This document shows positions 1 through 11,249 of a stretch of 64,000 nucleotides of DNA, piece after piece. The notes beneath the pieces are model-generated. The model saw only the letters and a program-made list of their open reading frames with translations. It was not told the DNA's origin and made no database searches. Source of the DNA: Felis catus (Eukaryota). Location: NCBI RefSeq assembly GCF_018350175.1, contig NC_058383.1, positions 20,462,001-20,526,000 of the forward strand, given 5' to 3'. The number at the start of each line of letters is the position of its first letter. Positions within the stretch are counted from its first letter, which is position 1. The translations under genes were made by a program, and so were the position numbers.

Positions 1-500
1 CCCAGGGAAATCACGCTTTGGCTGGTCATAGGATCTTCTTGGAACACGAGCCTAGGCATAAATACGCAGCCGAAAGGCGGGCGCCCTCCTGGAAGATGCG
101 CAGTATGTTCCTGAGGCCAGCGGCCAGCCAGGAGTCTCCTTCCCCACCCCACTTCCAGCACCCGGCTGCATACACAGTGGCACCAGGCCACCAGACTCGG
201 CCCGGCCGAGGGGCAGAGGGGGCCGTGCCCGCCGAGGCCATACCTCCTCCCCCGTTAACCCCTGCCGCATCGGTACCGCCTGCTTCCCCCCAGATCCGGG
301 GCCCGCGGGACAGCGCGGCCTGGTTTCCACGCCAGCATCTAATGTGACGGTGACGTTGGGTACACCATCAAGGGAAATAAGGGAAACAGAAGATCCAGAC
401 CCGTGCGAAGGAGCAGAAGGAGGTCTCGATTCGAAGGCAGAAGACTTTCCGGCAGCCGCCCCACACCGTGCTTACCCAGAGCGGTGCCCACCTCCCTTTC
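1..500. promoter_or_regulatory. GC/CpG-rich segment, probable edge of a CpG island or promoter region
   Basis: High GC and many CpGs (GGCGGGCGCC, CCCGCGGG, CGCGGCC) with no recognisable repeat; TGACG half-CRE motifs near 345-355. Gene not identifiable. Confidence 0.55.
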
Positions 501-712
501 CTCTCCTTTTTTGTCCTCAAAATACACACACACACACACACCCAGAATGATACACAAGAAGTAAGTATAATGGCTTCGGGGAGGAGCTGGGGATCATCTG
601 GGGTGGAGAGGAGGCTTACTTTCACCTAGATGAAAATCATCTTTGATTTTGAAAACCCATATATATAGGGATTGTCCTATCAAATACAAATATGACTTTA
701 AAAGCTGAGGAT

Positions 713-845
713 GGGGTGCCTGGGTGGCTCAGTCGGTTAATCATTGACTCTTGATCTCAGCTCAGGTCTTGATCTTAGGGTCTTGAGTTCCAGCCCCTCC
801 TTGGGCTTTGCACTGGGTATGGAGTCTACTTACAAAAAAAAAAAA
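713..845 (+). mobile_element. Short, older CAN-SINE
   Basis: GGGGTGCCTGGGTGGCTCAGTCGGTT tRNA-like head and A-tail. Confidence 0.85.
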
Positions 846-848
846 GGA

Positions 849-962
849 GCCATGCCTGGGTGGCTCAGTTGGTTGAGCATCTGACTCTTGGTTTCCGCTC
901 AGGTGAGATTCTCTGTCTCCCTCTCTCTGCCCCTCCCTCTCTAAATAAAGAAATAGATATTT
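849..962 (+). mobile_element. CAN-SINE with internal deletion
   Basis: Head (GCCTGGGTGGCTCAGTTGGTTGAGC) joined directly to the CT-rich segment. Confidence 0.8.
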
Positions 963-1669
963 AATAAAATAAATAAATAAAATAAAATAAAGTAAAGTAA
1001 AATAAAATAAAATGAAGTAAAGTAAAGTAAAGTAAAATAAAGTAAAATAAAATAAAATAAAATAAAGTAAAATAAAATAAAGTAAAATAAAATAAAATAA
1101 AGTAAAGTAAAGTAAAATAAAATAAAGTAAAGTAAAATAAAATAAAATAAAATAAAGTAAACTAAAGTAAAGTAAGATAAAATAAAATAAAGTAAAGTAA
1201 GATAAAATAAAATAAAGTAAAGTAAAGTAAAATAAAATAAAATAAAGTAAAGTAAAATAAAATAAAGTAAAATGAAATAAAATAAAATAAAGTAAAATAA
1301 AATAAAATAAAATAAAGTAAAATAAAATAAAGTAAAATAAAATAAAGTAAAATAAAATAAAGTAAAGTAAAATAAAATAAAGTAAAATAAAGTAAAATAA
1401 AGTAAAGTAAAATAAAATAAAATAAAGTAAAGTAAGATAAAATAAAATAAAGTAAAGTAAGATAAAATAAAATAAAGTAAAGTAAAGTAAAATAAAATAA
1501 AATAAAGTAAAGTAAAGTAAAATAAAATAAAGTAAAATTAAATAAAATAAAATAAAGTAAAGTAAAATAAAATAAAATAAAATAAAGTAAAATAAAATAA
1601 AGTAAAATAAAATAAAGTAAAAAAAAAATAAAATAAAATAAAGTAAAATAAAATAAAATAAAATAAAAT
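963..1669 (+). repeat. (AAAAT/AAAGT)n pentanucleotide array, about 700 bp
   Basis: Directly visible; continuous with the SINE tail. Confidence 0.97.
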
Positions 1670-1712
1670 CTGAAGATCTGACTCCCTTTCACCTCTTCAT
1701 ACTTATCTTGAA

Positions 1713-1815
1713 GAGCACGGAGCAATGCATAAGATTGTTGAATCGCTGTATTGTACACCCGAAATGAATAGAACACTGTATGTTTACACTGGAATTAAAG
1801 TCAAAATTTTAAACA
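1713..1815 (+). mobile_element. L1 3' end fragment (carnivore type)
   Basis: GATTGTTGAATCGCTGTATTGTACACCCGAAA...ACACTGTATGTT resembles the L1 3'UTR terminus. Confidence 0.7.
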
Positions 1816-1904
1816 TGTGACTTTATGTGACGTACCACAACACATGGCAAAGCATTTCAAAAGGACAACCATCTCCCGTGACCACGCAGCTTCCCGTCCA
1901 CCCT

Positions 1905-2340
1905 TGTGGGTGCAGGAAAAATGGTCCCCAGAGATGCTCAAGTCCTACGTCCCACAACGTGTAATATGTTACCTTACATTTCAAAAGGGACCTTACTGCT
2001 ATGATGAGACACGGGATTTTGAGATGGGAAGGTGACCCTGTACGATCCAGATGAATCCGGACTGATCACAAGTGTCCTTTTAAGGCGGAAGAAGGAGAGT
2101 GGCAGTGAGTCAGGGAAGGAGACGGGACAAGGAAAACAGAGAGCACAGGGCCATGAGCCAGGCAATGCGGCATCCTTGAGAAGCTGGAAGTTTCTTTTCT
2201 CGCAGAGCCTCCAGAAGGAATGTGGCCCCACCGACCCATTTTAGGACATCCAACATCCAGAACTGTAAGCTAATGGGGGCTGGTGTAAGCCAGCGTGTGA
2301 GTAGAAATTTTTTTAAAGCAGCAATGGGAAACTAATATGA
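1905..2340 (+). mobile_element. MaLR solo LTR (MLT1C/D-like)
   Basis: ATGTTACCTTACA..AAAAGGGAC, GAGCCTCCAGAAGGAA, CCAGAACTGTAAG, GCAGCAATGGGAAACTAATA. Confidence 0.75.
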
Positions 2341-2426
2341 CCTCTGACTTTTCTGTCTCCCTTCCCTGAGGCAATGGCTCCTCCCTGCTCTTTATCTTCT
2401 TCTAGAAATAGTATATACACACCCAT

Positions 2427-2457
<31 letters not shown>

Positions 2458-2669
2458 CACACATATGATAGATGTGATAGATGTAGAGAGAGATGGGTAT
2501 ATAGATACATAGGTAAATACGTAATTTATGTGTCATATATATAAATTATAAAAGATAAGAGTATATGTACATAGGTATATGTAGATAGGTACGTGTATGT
2601 ATCTGCTTTGTTTCACACAAAGAACATGTATGGTACATCTTTGTTTTTTATTTTTTTTAATTACTTTTG

Positions 2670-2753
2670 TAAAGATTTTTTTTTATTTTATTCCATTCTA
2701 TGTCTTTCCAGAGAGAGAGAGGGTGCAAGCAGAGAGAGGGGGAGAAAGAGAGG

Positions 2754-2786
<33 letters not shown>

Positions 2787-2907
2787 TCCCAAGCAGTCTC
2801 CACACCGTCAGTGTGGAGCCCGATGTGGGGTGAGAACTCCCAAACCTCGAGATCATGACCTGAGCCGAAACCAAGAGTCAGATGCTTAACTGACTGAGCC
2901 CCCCAGA
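2670..2907 (-). mobile_element. CAN-SINE
   Basis: Reverse head GAGATCATGACCTGAGCCGAAACCAAGAGTC; GA-rich body. Confidence 0.9.
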
Positions 2908-3318
2908 CTAAATTAAATGAGATGACATTTAAAAAAAAAAGCACTTAGCACAGTGCCTGTGTCAGAGATCCCCCAAGACCACCCTTAGATTTCAAGATTC
3001 TCTAGAAAAATTCAGAAGAGCACACTTACAGCTTATTCCGGTGAAAAGTATACATATTAAACTCAGCAGAGGAAACAGACACAGAGGGTGGGATCCCTGT
3101 GGTTGTTCTGTGCTTATGGAGGGCACAGAATTCTCCCAGCAACATGCTAGGTAGCAACATGTGTGAAATATCATTAACCGCGGAAGTTCACCCAAGCCTT
3201 GGTGCCCAGGGTCTTTATCAGGGGTCAGTCACACACGCGTGGGCCACCCCCTCAACCTTGATGTCAAACTGGTGAACCAGCATGCTCAAAGACGCAGGCA
3301 TACAAAAACGATCATTTT

Positions 3319-3545
3319 GGGGCGCCTGGGTGACTCAGTCAGTTGGGCATCGGACTTGGGCTCAGGTCATGATCTCGTGGTCTGTGAGTTCGAGCCCTGC
3401 GTCGGGCTCTGTACTGACAGCTCAGAGCCTGGAGCCTGCTCTGGATTCTGGGTCTTCCTCTTTCTGACCCTCCCCCACGTACACCCTGTCTGTCTGTCTG
3501 TCTGTCTCTCTCTCAAAAATAAATAAACATTAAAAAATTATTTAA
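3319..3545 (+). mobile_element. CAN-SINE (felid type)
   Basis: Full head, CT tract, AATAAA tail. Confidence 0.92.
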
Positions 3546-3792
3546 GGGGCGCCTGGGTGGCGCAGTCGGTTAAGCATCCGACTTCAGCCAGGTCACGATC
3601 TCGCGGGCCGTGAGTTCGAGCCCCGCGTCAGGCTCTGGGCTGACGGCTCAGAGCCTGGAGCCTGTTTCCGATTCTGTGTCTCCCTCTCTCTCTGCCCCTC
3701 CCCCGTTCATGCTCTGTCTCTCTCTGTCCCAAAAATAAAAAATAAACGTTAAAAAAATTTAAAATTTTTTTTTAAATAAATAAATAAATAAA
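3546..3792 (+). mobile_element. Young felid CAN-SINE inserted in the tail of the previous SINE
   Basis: Diagnostic GGCGCAGTCGG...CAGCCAGGTCACG; AATTATTTAA repeated on both sides. Confidence 0.95.
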
Positions 3793-3816
3793 TAATTATT
3801 TAAAAAAAACCAATCA

Positions 3817-4018
3817 GGAGCACCTGGGTGGCTCAGTCAGTTAAGCGTCCGACTTCAGCTCAGGTCATGATCTCACAGGTTCATGGGTTTGAACCCCACA
3901 TCGGGCTCTGTGCTGACAGCTTGGAGCCTGCTTTGGGTTCTGTGTCTCCCTCTCTCACTGCCCCTCTCCTGCTCATGATGCCTCTCACAAATACATAAAC
4001 ATTAAAAAAATTTTTAAA
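3817..4018 (+). mobile_element. CAN-SINE
   Basis: GGAGCACCTGGGTGGCTCAGTCAGTTAAGCGTCCG head. Confidence 0.9.
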
Positions 4019-4289
4019 ACATCTCATTGCTGGTATCACATTGTTAATATACACCAAGATGCTCTCATCGGACAAGGTATTCCAAGGCCACACAGGTCAT
4101 CTCCCAAGAGCCGATCAAGGGCCAGTCCTGAAGACCTTGGAATGTGCTGGGTCTGGGCACACCAGACCGGCTGAGTTAACCCTTTCCACACAATGCCTAT
4201 CGCTGTAAGTAAAGGCTTGTTTCTCTCCCCCAAGCCCTCCCTTTTCCTGCCTCAAACAAGGTTACGAACAATCTAGCAAAAAGCCAGTG

Positions 4290-4500
4290 GCACCGAGCTC
4301 CGTATCTGTGCCAAGCGCTGTGTTCAGAGTCACCCATCTGATCTTACGACGATTCTCAACGGTGTCACCTGTTTCTTCTTTTACGGAAAATGAACCCAAG
4401 CCCCAAGACATCGAGTAATCTGTTCAATGTCACACACCTACCGTGGACTGTGCTCAGGGAGAGGGTTCAAGTCAAGCTTCTGAACGACAGAGGCTAGGCT
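4290..4500 (-). mobile_element. MIR fragment
   Basis: Degenerate core TTTTACGGAAAATGAACCCAAGCCCCAAGA..AGTAATCTGTTCAATGTCACAC. Confidence 0.5.
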
Positions 4501-4956
4501 ATAATCACCCCCACTGCCCCTCCGTTTACTAATACAGGCACCGAACAGAGACAGCTGGCATAGCACTCCTGCCTGGATGCCCAGCACACGGGTGGAGTTT
4601 CTCGTCTTTTTTCTTAAATGTCACTTCCCCCAGGAGGACTCCTGTGGATCCTCAAACCCAATTCAATCTGCCCGTCATCAGAATCACAAACAATCTGAAC
4701 TCAGGCCAATCAGAAAGGAATGGAGATTTAGTCACGAGAAGGGAATCAAGACAGGGTGTCTCCTTTGCTGCCACGGGCCAGTGGACACCGTGTCCTTGGC
4801 CGAGAGGGTGGACACTCCTTCCCCTGCCTGCTGTCAGAGGGGCTCAGCCTGGACAGGTGCCCGATGGCTCTGATGGCTGGTGAAGTAACAGACTTGGGTG
4901 CTTGTGAGGAAGGAGTTTACTGAGGAAGAAAGGCCACGACGTTTGTGCCGTCTTTT

Positions 4957-5179
4957 TTTTTTTTTAATTTTTTTTTCAACGTTTATTTATTTTTGGGACA
5001 GAGAGAGACAGAGCATGAACGGGCGAGGGGCAGAGAGAGAGGGAGACACAGAATCGGAAACAGGCTCCAGGCTCTGAGCCATCAGCCCAGAGCCCGATGC
5101 GGGGCTCGAACTCACGGACCGCGAGATCGTGACCTGGCTGAAGTCGGACGCTCAACTGACTGGGCCACCCAGGCGCCCC
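4957..5179 (-). mobile_element. Young felid CAN-SINE
   Basis: TSD TGTGCCGTCTTTT at 4944-4956 and 5180-5192. Confidence 0.96.
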
Positions 5180-5607
5180 TGTGCCGTCTTTTAAATCGTT
5201 ATTTTAGGTGGCACATATTTAAATTTGGGGGGGGGGGGGACCCTGGGCCAAATCCCTAACCACCTCATCCTTTAAAAGCTCACATAGTAGTCTATTTTAT
5301 TGCCTCTTCGAAGCACACAGGAAAACCTTGATAATGATCATTTACAATACACAACAGCCCTTTTCCTAATAAGTATAATAAGCTGCTTCAAAGCCAGAAT
5401 CATTCCTGATTTACTCATCATTATACGGCCGACATCTACAACAATGCCTGGCAATTAGCAGACTTCCAAAAAATGCGTGATGAATAAGCACATGGATAAA
5501 TTAGTACCATGTAAGTAAGAGGTGTGCTGTCCTTGGGATGGTCTCTTGCACCCTTTGAGAGGGCTGATCACTTACAGACAAAATTCTATCAGAATAAACG
5601 GGAGAGT

Positions 5608-5986
5608 AATATGGGCGAAATCGTGTATCCCCGGGATTCCTGTCTTCAAGCCCTAATCCCCAAAGTGACTGTGTTTAGAGACGGGGCCTTTAAGGAGGTA
5701 ATTTAGGTTAAGTGAGGCCATAATTTGGGGCAAATGAGGTCCGATCCTATAGGATTAGCGGATTTATAAGAAGAGACATCGGACAGCTCACTCTCTCCAC
5801 CATGTGAGGACACGGTGAGAAGGTAGCCGTCTACGAGCCAGGAAGGGAGCTCTCGCCAGAGTCTGCACCGGCCAGCACCTTGATCTTGGCGTCCCAGCCT
5901 CCAGAATTTTCAGAAAGTAAGTTTCTATCGTGGAAGCCACCCAGTGTGTGTTATTCCGCTGCAGAACCCCAAGAAGATGAATACAA
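5608..5986 (+). mobile_element. MaLR solo LTR (MLT1A-like)
   Basis: GCCCTAATCCCCAAAGTGACTGTG, GGGCCTTTAAGGAGGTAATT, CATGTGAGGACACGGTGAGAAG, CAGCCTCCAGAA. Confidence 0.8.
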
Positions 5987-5989
5987 AGG

Positions 5990-6150
5990 CCGTAGAGGTT
6001 AAGTACACAGGCTCCGAAATCAGACCTGCCCTGACGTCAGTCCCCACCTCTGCCAACTTCCTAATCCCATAAAGTTCGTCGTATTAATTATTCTCCCTGT
6101 GCCTCCGTTTCCTCATCGTTATGACGAAGATCACATTCATCTATCTCATC
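5990..6150 (+). mobile_element. MIR fragment
   Basis: CTGTGCCTCCGTTTCCTCATC core. Confidence 0.55.
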
Positions 6151-6645
6151 GGGTTTTGAGAATTTTAATGGCCTCTTATTACACGGGAAGTCCTCAGAAC
6201 AAGAGCCTGGGACGCGGTATGAGCCATACGCACGAACCAGGCTGCGTTTCCAAAGATGGCGGCCCAGCAAGGCCTCCTGCATGTGCTCTTTCGCAGGGGG
6301 ATCTTTCCCTGCCCACGAAGAGGTGGGATCCATGTGCCCTTCCCTGAAATCTGGGTTCCCCCATGAGCTGCTTTGATGGATAGGATGCGGCAGAAGACAG
6401 CCTTTAACTTCGAGACCGGAACAGCTCTCATCTTTGTCTCTTGGCACGACTCGTTGGAACCCAGCCTTCATGCTGGGAGGAAGCTGAATCGGCCACAAGG
6501 AGCCCCAAATGGAAGAAAAGCCAAGATTCCAACCCACACCCCCGGATGCGCTCCCAACAGCACCCAACTCCAACCGCCGCCACGCTGCCTCAGCTTTCCC
6601 AGAACATACGCTGATACTATGTGACCCAGGAATGCTACCTCTGCA

Positions 6646-6817
6646 GGGACACCTGGGTGGCTCAGTCGGTGAAGAACTTGACTCTTGACTTCGGCTCGGG
6701 TCACGACCTCGTGGCTCGTGTGTCCGAGCCCCTGTGTCAGGGTCTGGGCTGACCGCCTAGAGCCTACTTGGGATTCTCTCTCTCTCTCTCTCAAAATAGA
6801 GAAATAAACTTAAAAAA
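6646..6817 (+). mobile_element. CAN-SINE inside the MLT1 LTR
   Basis: Head and tail present; degenerate TSD GAATGC(T/C)ACCT. Confidence 0.9.
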
Positions 6818-7201
6818 TGAATGCCACCTGCAAACCCGCAAAATAATAAGCTGTTGGCTTAAGACGTAAAAATTTGGGTGGAGTTTACACAGCGAGCGAG
6901 AACCAAAACAAGTCAGACGAGAAGCTGTGTCCTGCGTAACAAGAGCCTAAAACCCATGCCACCAGCTGTGGCCACCTTGGGACACAGCACAGGCTGAGGA
7001 GTAGCAAGGGGGCTGTTAACAGAAGCCGAAAAAACAGTGAGAAAATAAAATGGTTGTTGGAGGTTTGACAAAAGGGGACCCGTGTTGCGTAATGGCACTT
7101 TGTTAGGCATCACTTTATCTTACTAAGGGGACAGACAAAAAGTATTCCTGATGCATTTATGGATCTGATTAAGGAGATTTCCAGAAGAATGTAGAAAGCG
7201 C

Positions 7202-7204
<3 letters not shown>

Positions 7205-7247
<43 letters not shown>
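7205..7247. repeat. (GT)n microsatellite
   Basis: Direct. Confidence 0.95.
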
Positions 7248-7248
<1 letters not shown>

Positions 7249-7352
7249 ATTTAGCTGCCTGTGATAAATGGGGGAAAGAAAGATGGTCTAAAGAAGGAAA
7301 TGTTCAATACTCAAGCAAAAATTAGAGACAATAGTTTCAACGTGCTGGTTTA

Positions 7353-7564
7353 ATTTTTTTTTTCAACGTTTATTTATTTTTGGGACAGAGATTGACAGCA
7401 TGAACGGGCGAGGGGCAGAGAGAGAGGGAGACACAGAATCAGAAACAGGCTCCAGGCTCCGAGTCATCAGCCCAGAGCCCCATGCGGGGCTCGAACTCAC
7501 GGACCGCGAGATCGTGACCTGGCTGAAGTCGGACGCTCAACCGACTGCGCCACCCAGGCGCCCC
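7353..7564 (-). mobile_element. Young felid CAN-SINE
   Basis: TSD TCAACGTGCYGGTTTA at 7337-7352 and 7566-7581. Confidence 0.96.
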
Positions 7565-8141
7565 ATCAACGTGCCGGTTTAGAAAATAAAATTGTTCCTA
7601 TTGTACAGCCTCTCTGCGGAGTACTAGGGCATCAAAGTGAAGAAAGACTTGAAACAAAGATACATCCGGGGCAAGTTCCACCAAAACATAGCCTCGGGTC
7701 AAGATCAAGCAAAGACTATGGGTGTTACCATTCTTTGTTAGGGCCTCGGATAAATAGAAAGAGGTGCCTCCTAGATCTCAGCACTAGACAAAATGACTTC
7801 AAAAAACGTCGAGTATTGAGCCGCAGGATCGTGCCTACCCCCCAGAGCAGAGACATCTTTCCTGCAGAGATCTGTGGATGTGGGTTTTTTTTTGTCTAGG
7901 AGTGCGAACCTCGACAGGATTCACAGCCACCACCTACGGTTTAAAGAAAATCGTACAAACGGGAGTGACCTCAGCCTGAACTAAAAGAGACCGAGATGGG
8001 CCGGGGAAAATGGGTGAAAGGAGCAGGTGGTATGAAAGTTAGCACATAGGGAACACAGTCAGCGGTATCGTAACACCGTGGGTTGCATGGGGACAGGCGG
8101 TGGCTCCACTGGCGGTGAGCATAGCCCAAGGTACAGAGCTC

Positions 8142-8378
8142 TCTTTTTTTTTTTAATTTTTAAATCTTTATTTATTTTTGAGAGAGAGGGAGCATGAGCA
8201 GGGGAGGAACAGGGAGAGAGGGAGGCACAGAATCCGAAGCAGGCTCCAGGCTCTGAGCCGTCAGCACAGAGCCCAACGCGGGGCTCGAACTCACGAAGCT
8301 TGAACTCACGAGCCATGAGTTTCGTGACCTGAGCCGGAGTCAGACGCTTAACCGGCCGACCGAGGCACCCGGGCACTC
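8142..8378 (-). mobile_element. CAN-SINE with small internal duplication
   Basis: GAACTCACGA present twice. Confidence 0.9.
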
Positions 8379-8466
8379 CTGGAGCTTTTGAATCGGTGCG
8401 TGGTGCACCTGAAACGGATGTAACACTGTGTGTCAGCTGTACTGCCATTTAAAGAATTTTGAATCA

Positions 8467-8700
8467 GGGCCGCCTGGGTGGCTCCGTCGGTTAAGCGTCC
8501 TACTATTGATCTCCACTCAGGTCATGGTCTCGTGGCTCGTGGGACTGAGCCCCGGGTCGGGCTCTGCATTTGCAACACGGAGCCTGCTTGGGATTCTCTT
8601 TCTCTCCCTCCCTCTCTCTCTCTGCCTCTCTCTTGCTTGCACTGTCTCTTTCTCTCTCCCAAAATAAATAAATAAAACATGAAGCAAAATTAAAGACATT
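8467..8700 (+). mobile_element. CAN-SINE
   Basis: Head, CT tract and tail. Confidence 0.9.
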
Positions 8701-9104
8701 TAAAAAATGTAATTAAAACACAAGAGACGGAGACATTTCAAAATGAAAAGATCTCCGGACCCCCAAATTCCTACGACTTGGGGGTAAGGCATAAAGAACA
8801 ACTCAGCACCAGCTATCTTTATAAGCCTTATCTTTATAAGCCATTTCTAATGGAAAAGAAAAAAAAAAAATCACCCAGAAAGGAAATTCTGGAGTCTGGA
8901 CTGCAGAGCCAAATTCGCCTGAGAAAGGTCCCCGAGCGTAGAAACGGGCCCGAATCAATACGCACCCTCTACCCACAGGGCAGAGAGAATTGACGGCATA
9001 TGTCCTGGATTTCGGAACTGCTATGGGTGCAACTGTATTTTGCTGTCATTTGTTGCCCCATAATGGATGACCAAAATGGTGCATGCTTATTTTTTTTACT
9101 GTGA

Positions 9105-9310
9105 TTTTAAAATTTTTTTAAGTTTATTTTTGAGAGAGACAGACAGACAGACAGAGCTGGGGAGGGGCAAAGAGCAATGGAAAGCGAGAGAATCCCAAGC
9201 AGGCCCTGCACGGTCAGTGCAGAGTCTGATCTGGGGCTCGAACTCACGAACCGCGAGTTCATGAGCTGAGCCGAAACCGGGAGTCAGATGCTTAACTGAC
9301 TGAGTCCCCG
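9105..9310 (-). mobile_element. CAN-SINE
   Basis: Reverse-strand SINE; CTGTGATTTT on both flanks. Confidence 0.88.
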
Positions 9311-9664
9311 CTGTGATTTTTTTTTTTTCATCTCTGTATTTCCATGGTGTTTCGTTCTCACCTTCCTGGGGCTCAGGCCGCCACCAGATCCAGCGGAGAA
9401 AGGGAGTTTGTTATGTTCAGTTCTTACTCAACCTTTGCTTGCAGAGGAGCAACTCCGCAAATCATCTCTCACACAGCCAAATAAAGTCACAGATTGGGAG
9501 ACGCGAGGATGACACGAACACCTGTCAGGGGATGTGATGAAATTTAACAACGATGGATACGAGGCTCTGAATCTGTATTAAAAAGCCAGGTGCCCAAGGA
9601 CATGTGGCTTAACAGAAACATACATTTATTAACTCAGCCTTTTTTTTTTTTCTTTTTGCATTAA

Positions 9665-9875
9665 GCTTATAAGTATTGCAAGAAGAACGAGGCTGCCAAA
9701 AAACCTCATGCGGCTGCAGACTCTATTAACAGAAGTAAAGTACCCAGGATAGGAAGGCTAGCCGCTTCCTGTAACGGGGTCAGACCACGTAGAAGATTCG
9801 GTTCTGCCCAAAGCACGGGGCAAAAGAGTGACATCAACGAAGTGGAGTACATTCGGGAAGGGGAGGGGCGGGACA
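9665..9875 (+). mobile_element. L3/CR1 LINE fragment
   Basis: GGCTGCCAAAAAA..CATGCG..CTATTAACAGAAGTAAAGTACCCAGGA..GGTCAGACCACGTAGA..GACATCAACGAAGTGGAG resembles the CR1 RT 3' region. Confidence 0.6.
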
Positions 9876-10034
9876 GTCCGCAGTAGTCAAGAATTCGCGT
9901 ATTACTTTCAATGTATAAAGTACATTGAGTTAATGCGTGTATAGAGGCGTGGGTGAATGGCTAAGGGAGTAAGTGTTTCAAATCTGCAAACGGCCAGGCT
10001 ACGCCTTGATTTCATCCGGGCACTGAACAAAGTA

Positions 10035-10700
10035 ATTGCTAAACGGATACTGAGTTCCCACTGTGTTTTGCAAGTATGAGGAAGACAGCAATGAGTTCCC
10101 TTCCAGCTGGTAGCTTGCATTTTAGAGAAAGCCAAGTAAGCCAGCAAGATTATTTGGGGAAAGAAAGTGTCGTGAAGCAAATAAACAGGGTCGACGGGGT
10201 ACAAAGCCTTGTGGGATCGAAAAGCCTTGGTTTTGGTTATTCAAAGAAAGCGTCTCCAAAGAAATGACACTGAAAATGGAATTTCACCAGTAAGAAGGAA
10301 GTTACGCGAAAGAATTGAGAAGTATCTTTCCAGGCAGTAGAGGCAGATGTGGAAGCATCTGACAGCAGGGACAAGTTGGCATGAGATAAAGTAGAGGGGC
10401 GCCCGGGTGGCTCAGCGAGTTAAGCGTCCAGCTTCGGCTCGGGTCACGGTCTCACGGTGTGTGGGTTCGAGCCCCGCGTCGGGCTCTGTGCCGACGGCTC
10501 CGAGCCCGGAGCCTGCTTCCGATTCTGTGTCTCCCTCTCTCTCCGCCCCGCCCCCGCTCATGCTCTGTCTCTGTCTCTCTCAAAAATAAATGAACATTAA
10601 AAACATAGAGGAAAAATCCAGCGTGGCTGGAACATCATGACACAGGGAGAGTGGCATAAGTGAAGATGAAGCAGACGGGCAGATCACCCGAGGTTAAATG
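10035..10700 (-). mobile_element. L2 fragment interrupted by a SINE
   Basis: TTCCAGGCAGTAGAGGCAG, CCAGCGTGGCTGGAAC, GGCAGATCAC. Confidence 0.5.
10396..10605 (+). mobile_element. CAN-SINE
   Basis: Full length, CpG-rich. Confidence 0.93.
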
Positions 10701-11249
10701 GCATGCCACTGTCCCCAAAGTGTCATTTCCCTGCCAGCGTCGGAAGTCAGGTTCGGTGCTTCACTAGTATGGTTCGTGTACATAGAAGATGCAAAGAGAG
10801 ATGAATCCAGTTCTCACAGAAGCGAGCTCCAGCTCTCTGGAAGGCCGGCAAGCGGAATCTGGGTGGCGTAGGGTCAGGGTTTCTGTGTCCCCAAGAAGCG
10901 ACATTATGATATCAGTCAGTAGAAACGACAGGGATTGTTCAGCTCGGCAAAAAGCAGAGTTTCCTCATTTGTATCCGCATCCAAGGACGTGATCTGTGCT
11001 GGTAGGTAATGACCTTCCCATCCCAGGAAAAGTCCGGGTGACGTCTGGATGCTGCCTTGAGGTTACAGTGGTCGGAAATCACACAACGGGCGTTAGACCA
11101 AAATCAGCGTCTCCCAAAGGAGAGGTCGTATGTCCAGCTGCCACGGCAGATGTTATGGAGACAGCCAGGAAAGCAACATCGGATAAAGCAGTACAGAGGC
11201 TATTGTTTCTCAACATCCCGTCAATTATTGCGATTTTTTAACGGAGAAC

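Larger units (their letters stand above)
2958..4192. mobile_element. ERVL-class LTR (MER68/MER77-like) interrupted by three SINEs
   Basis: CCCCAAGACCACCC...; resumes after the SINEs with GGTATTCCAAGG...GCTGAGTTAACCCTTTCCACACA. Confidence 0.6.
7997..8721 (+). mobile_element. 5'-truncated L1 3' end carrying two nested SINEs
   Basis: GGTGAGCATAGC...GAATCGGTGCGTGGTGCACCTGAAAC..TGTAACACTGTGTGTCAGCTGTACT; flanking AAGAGAC(C/G)GAGA at 7985 and 8722. Confidence 0.7.
6240..9390 (+). mobile_element. MaLR element: MLT1-type LTR (about 6240-6910) followed by internal sequence, interrupted by SINEs, L1 and (GT)n
   Basis: LTR motifs CCAAAGATGGC, GAAGAGGTGGGATC, GCTGGGAGGAAGC; internal-like motifs GTAACAAGAGCCTAAA, AAAAGGGGACCC, GATCTGATTAAGGAGATTTCCAG, GGATTTCGGAACTGCTATGG. 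Confidence 0.55.

Noticed and set aside
26..241. 71-aa minus-strand ORF in the CpG-rich edge
   Set aside because: Short, no recognisable protein; expected by chance in GC-rich DNA.
1162..1776. 204-aa F/Y/I/L-rich ORF
   Set aside because: Translation of the TTTTA/CTTTA microsatellite.
8813..8843. Short tandem duplication TATCTTTATAAGCC x2 (similar cases near 33522 and 37160)
   Set aside because: Ordinary micro-duplications with no sign of function.
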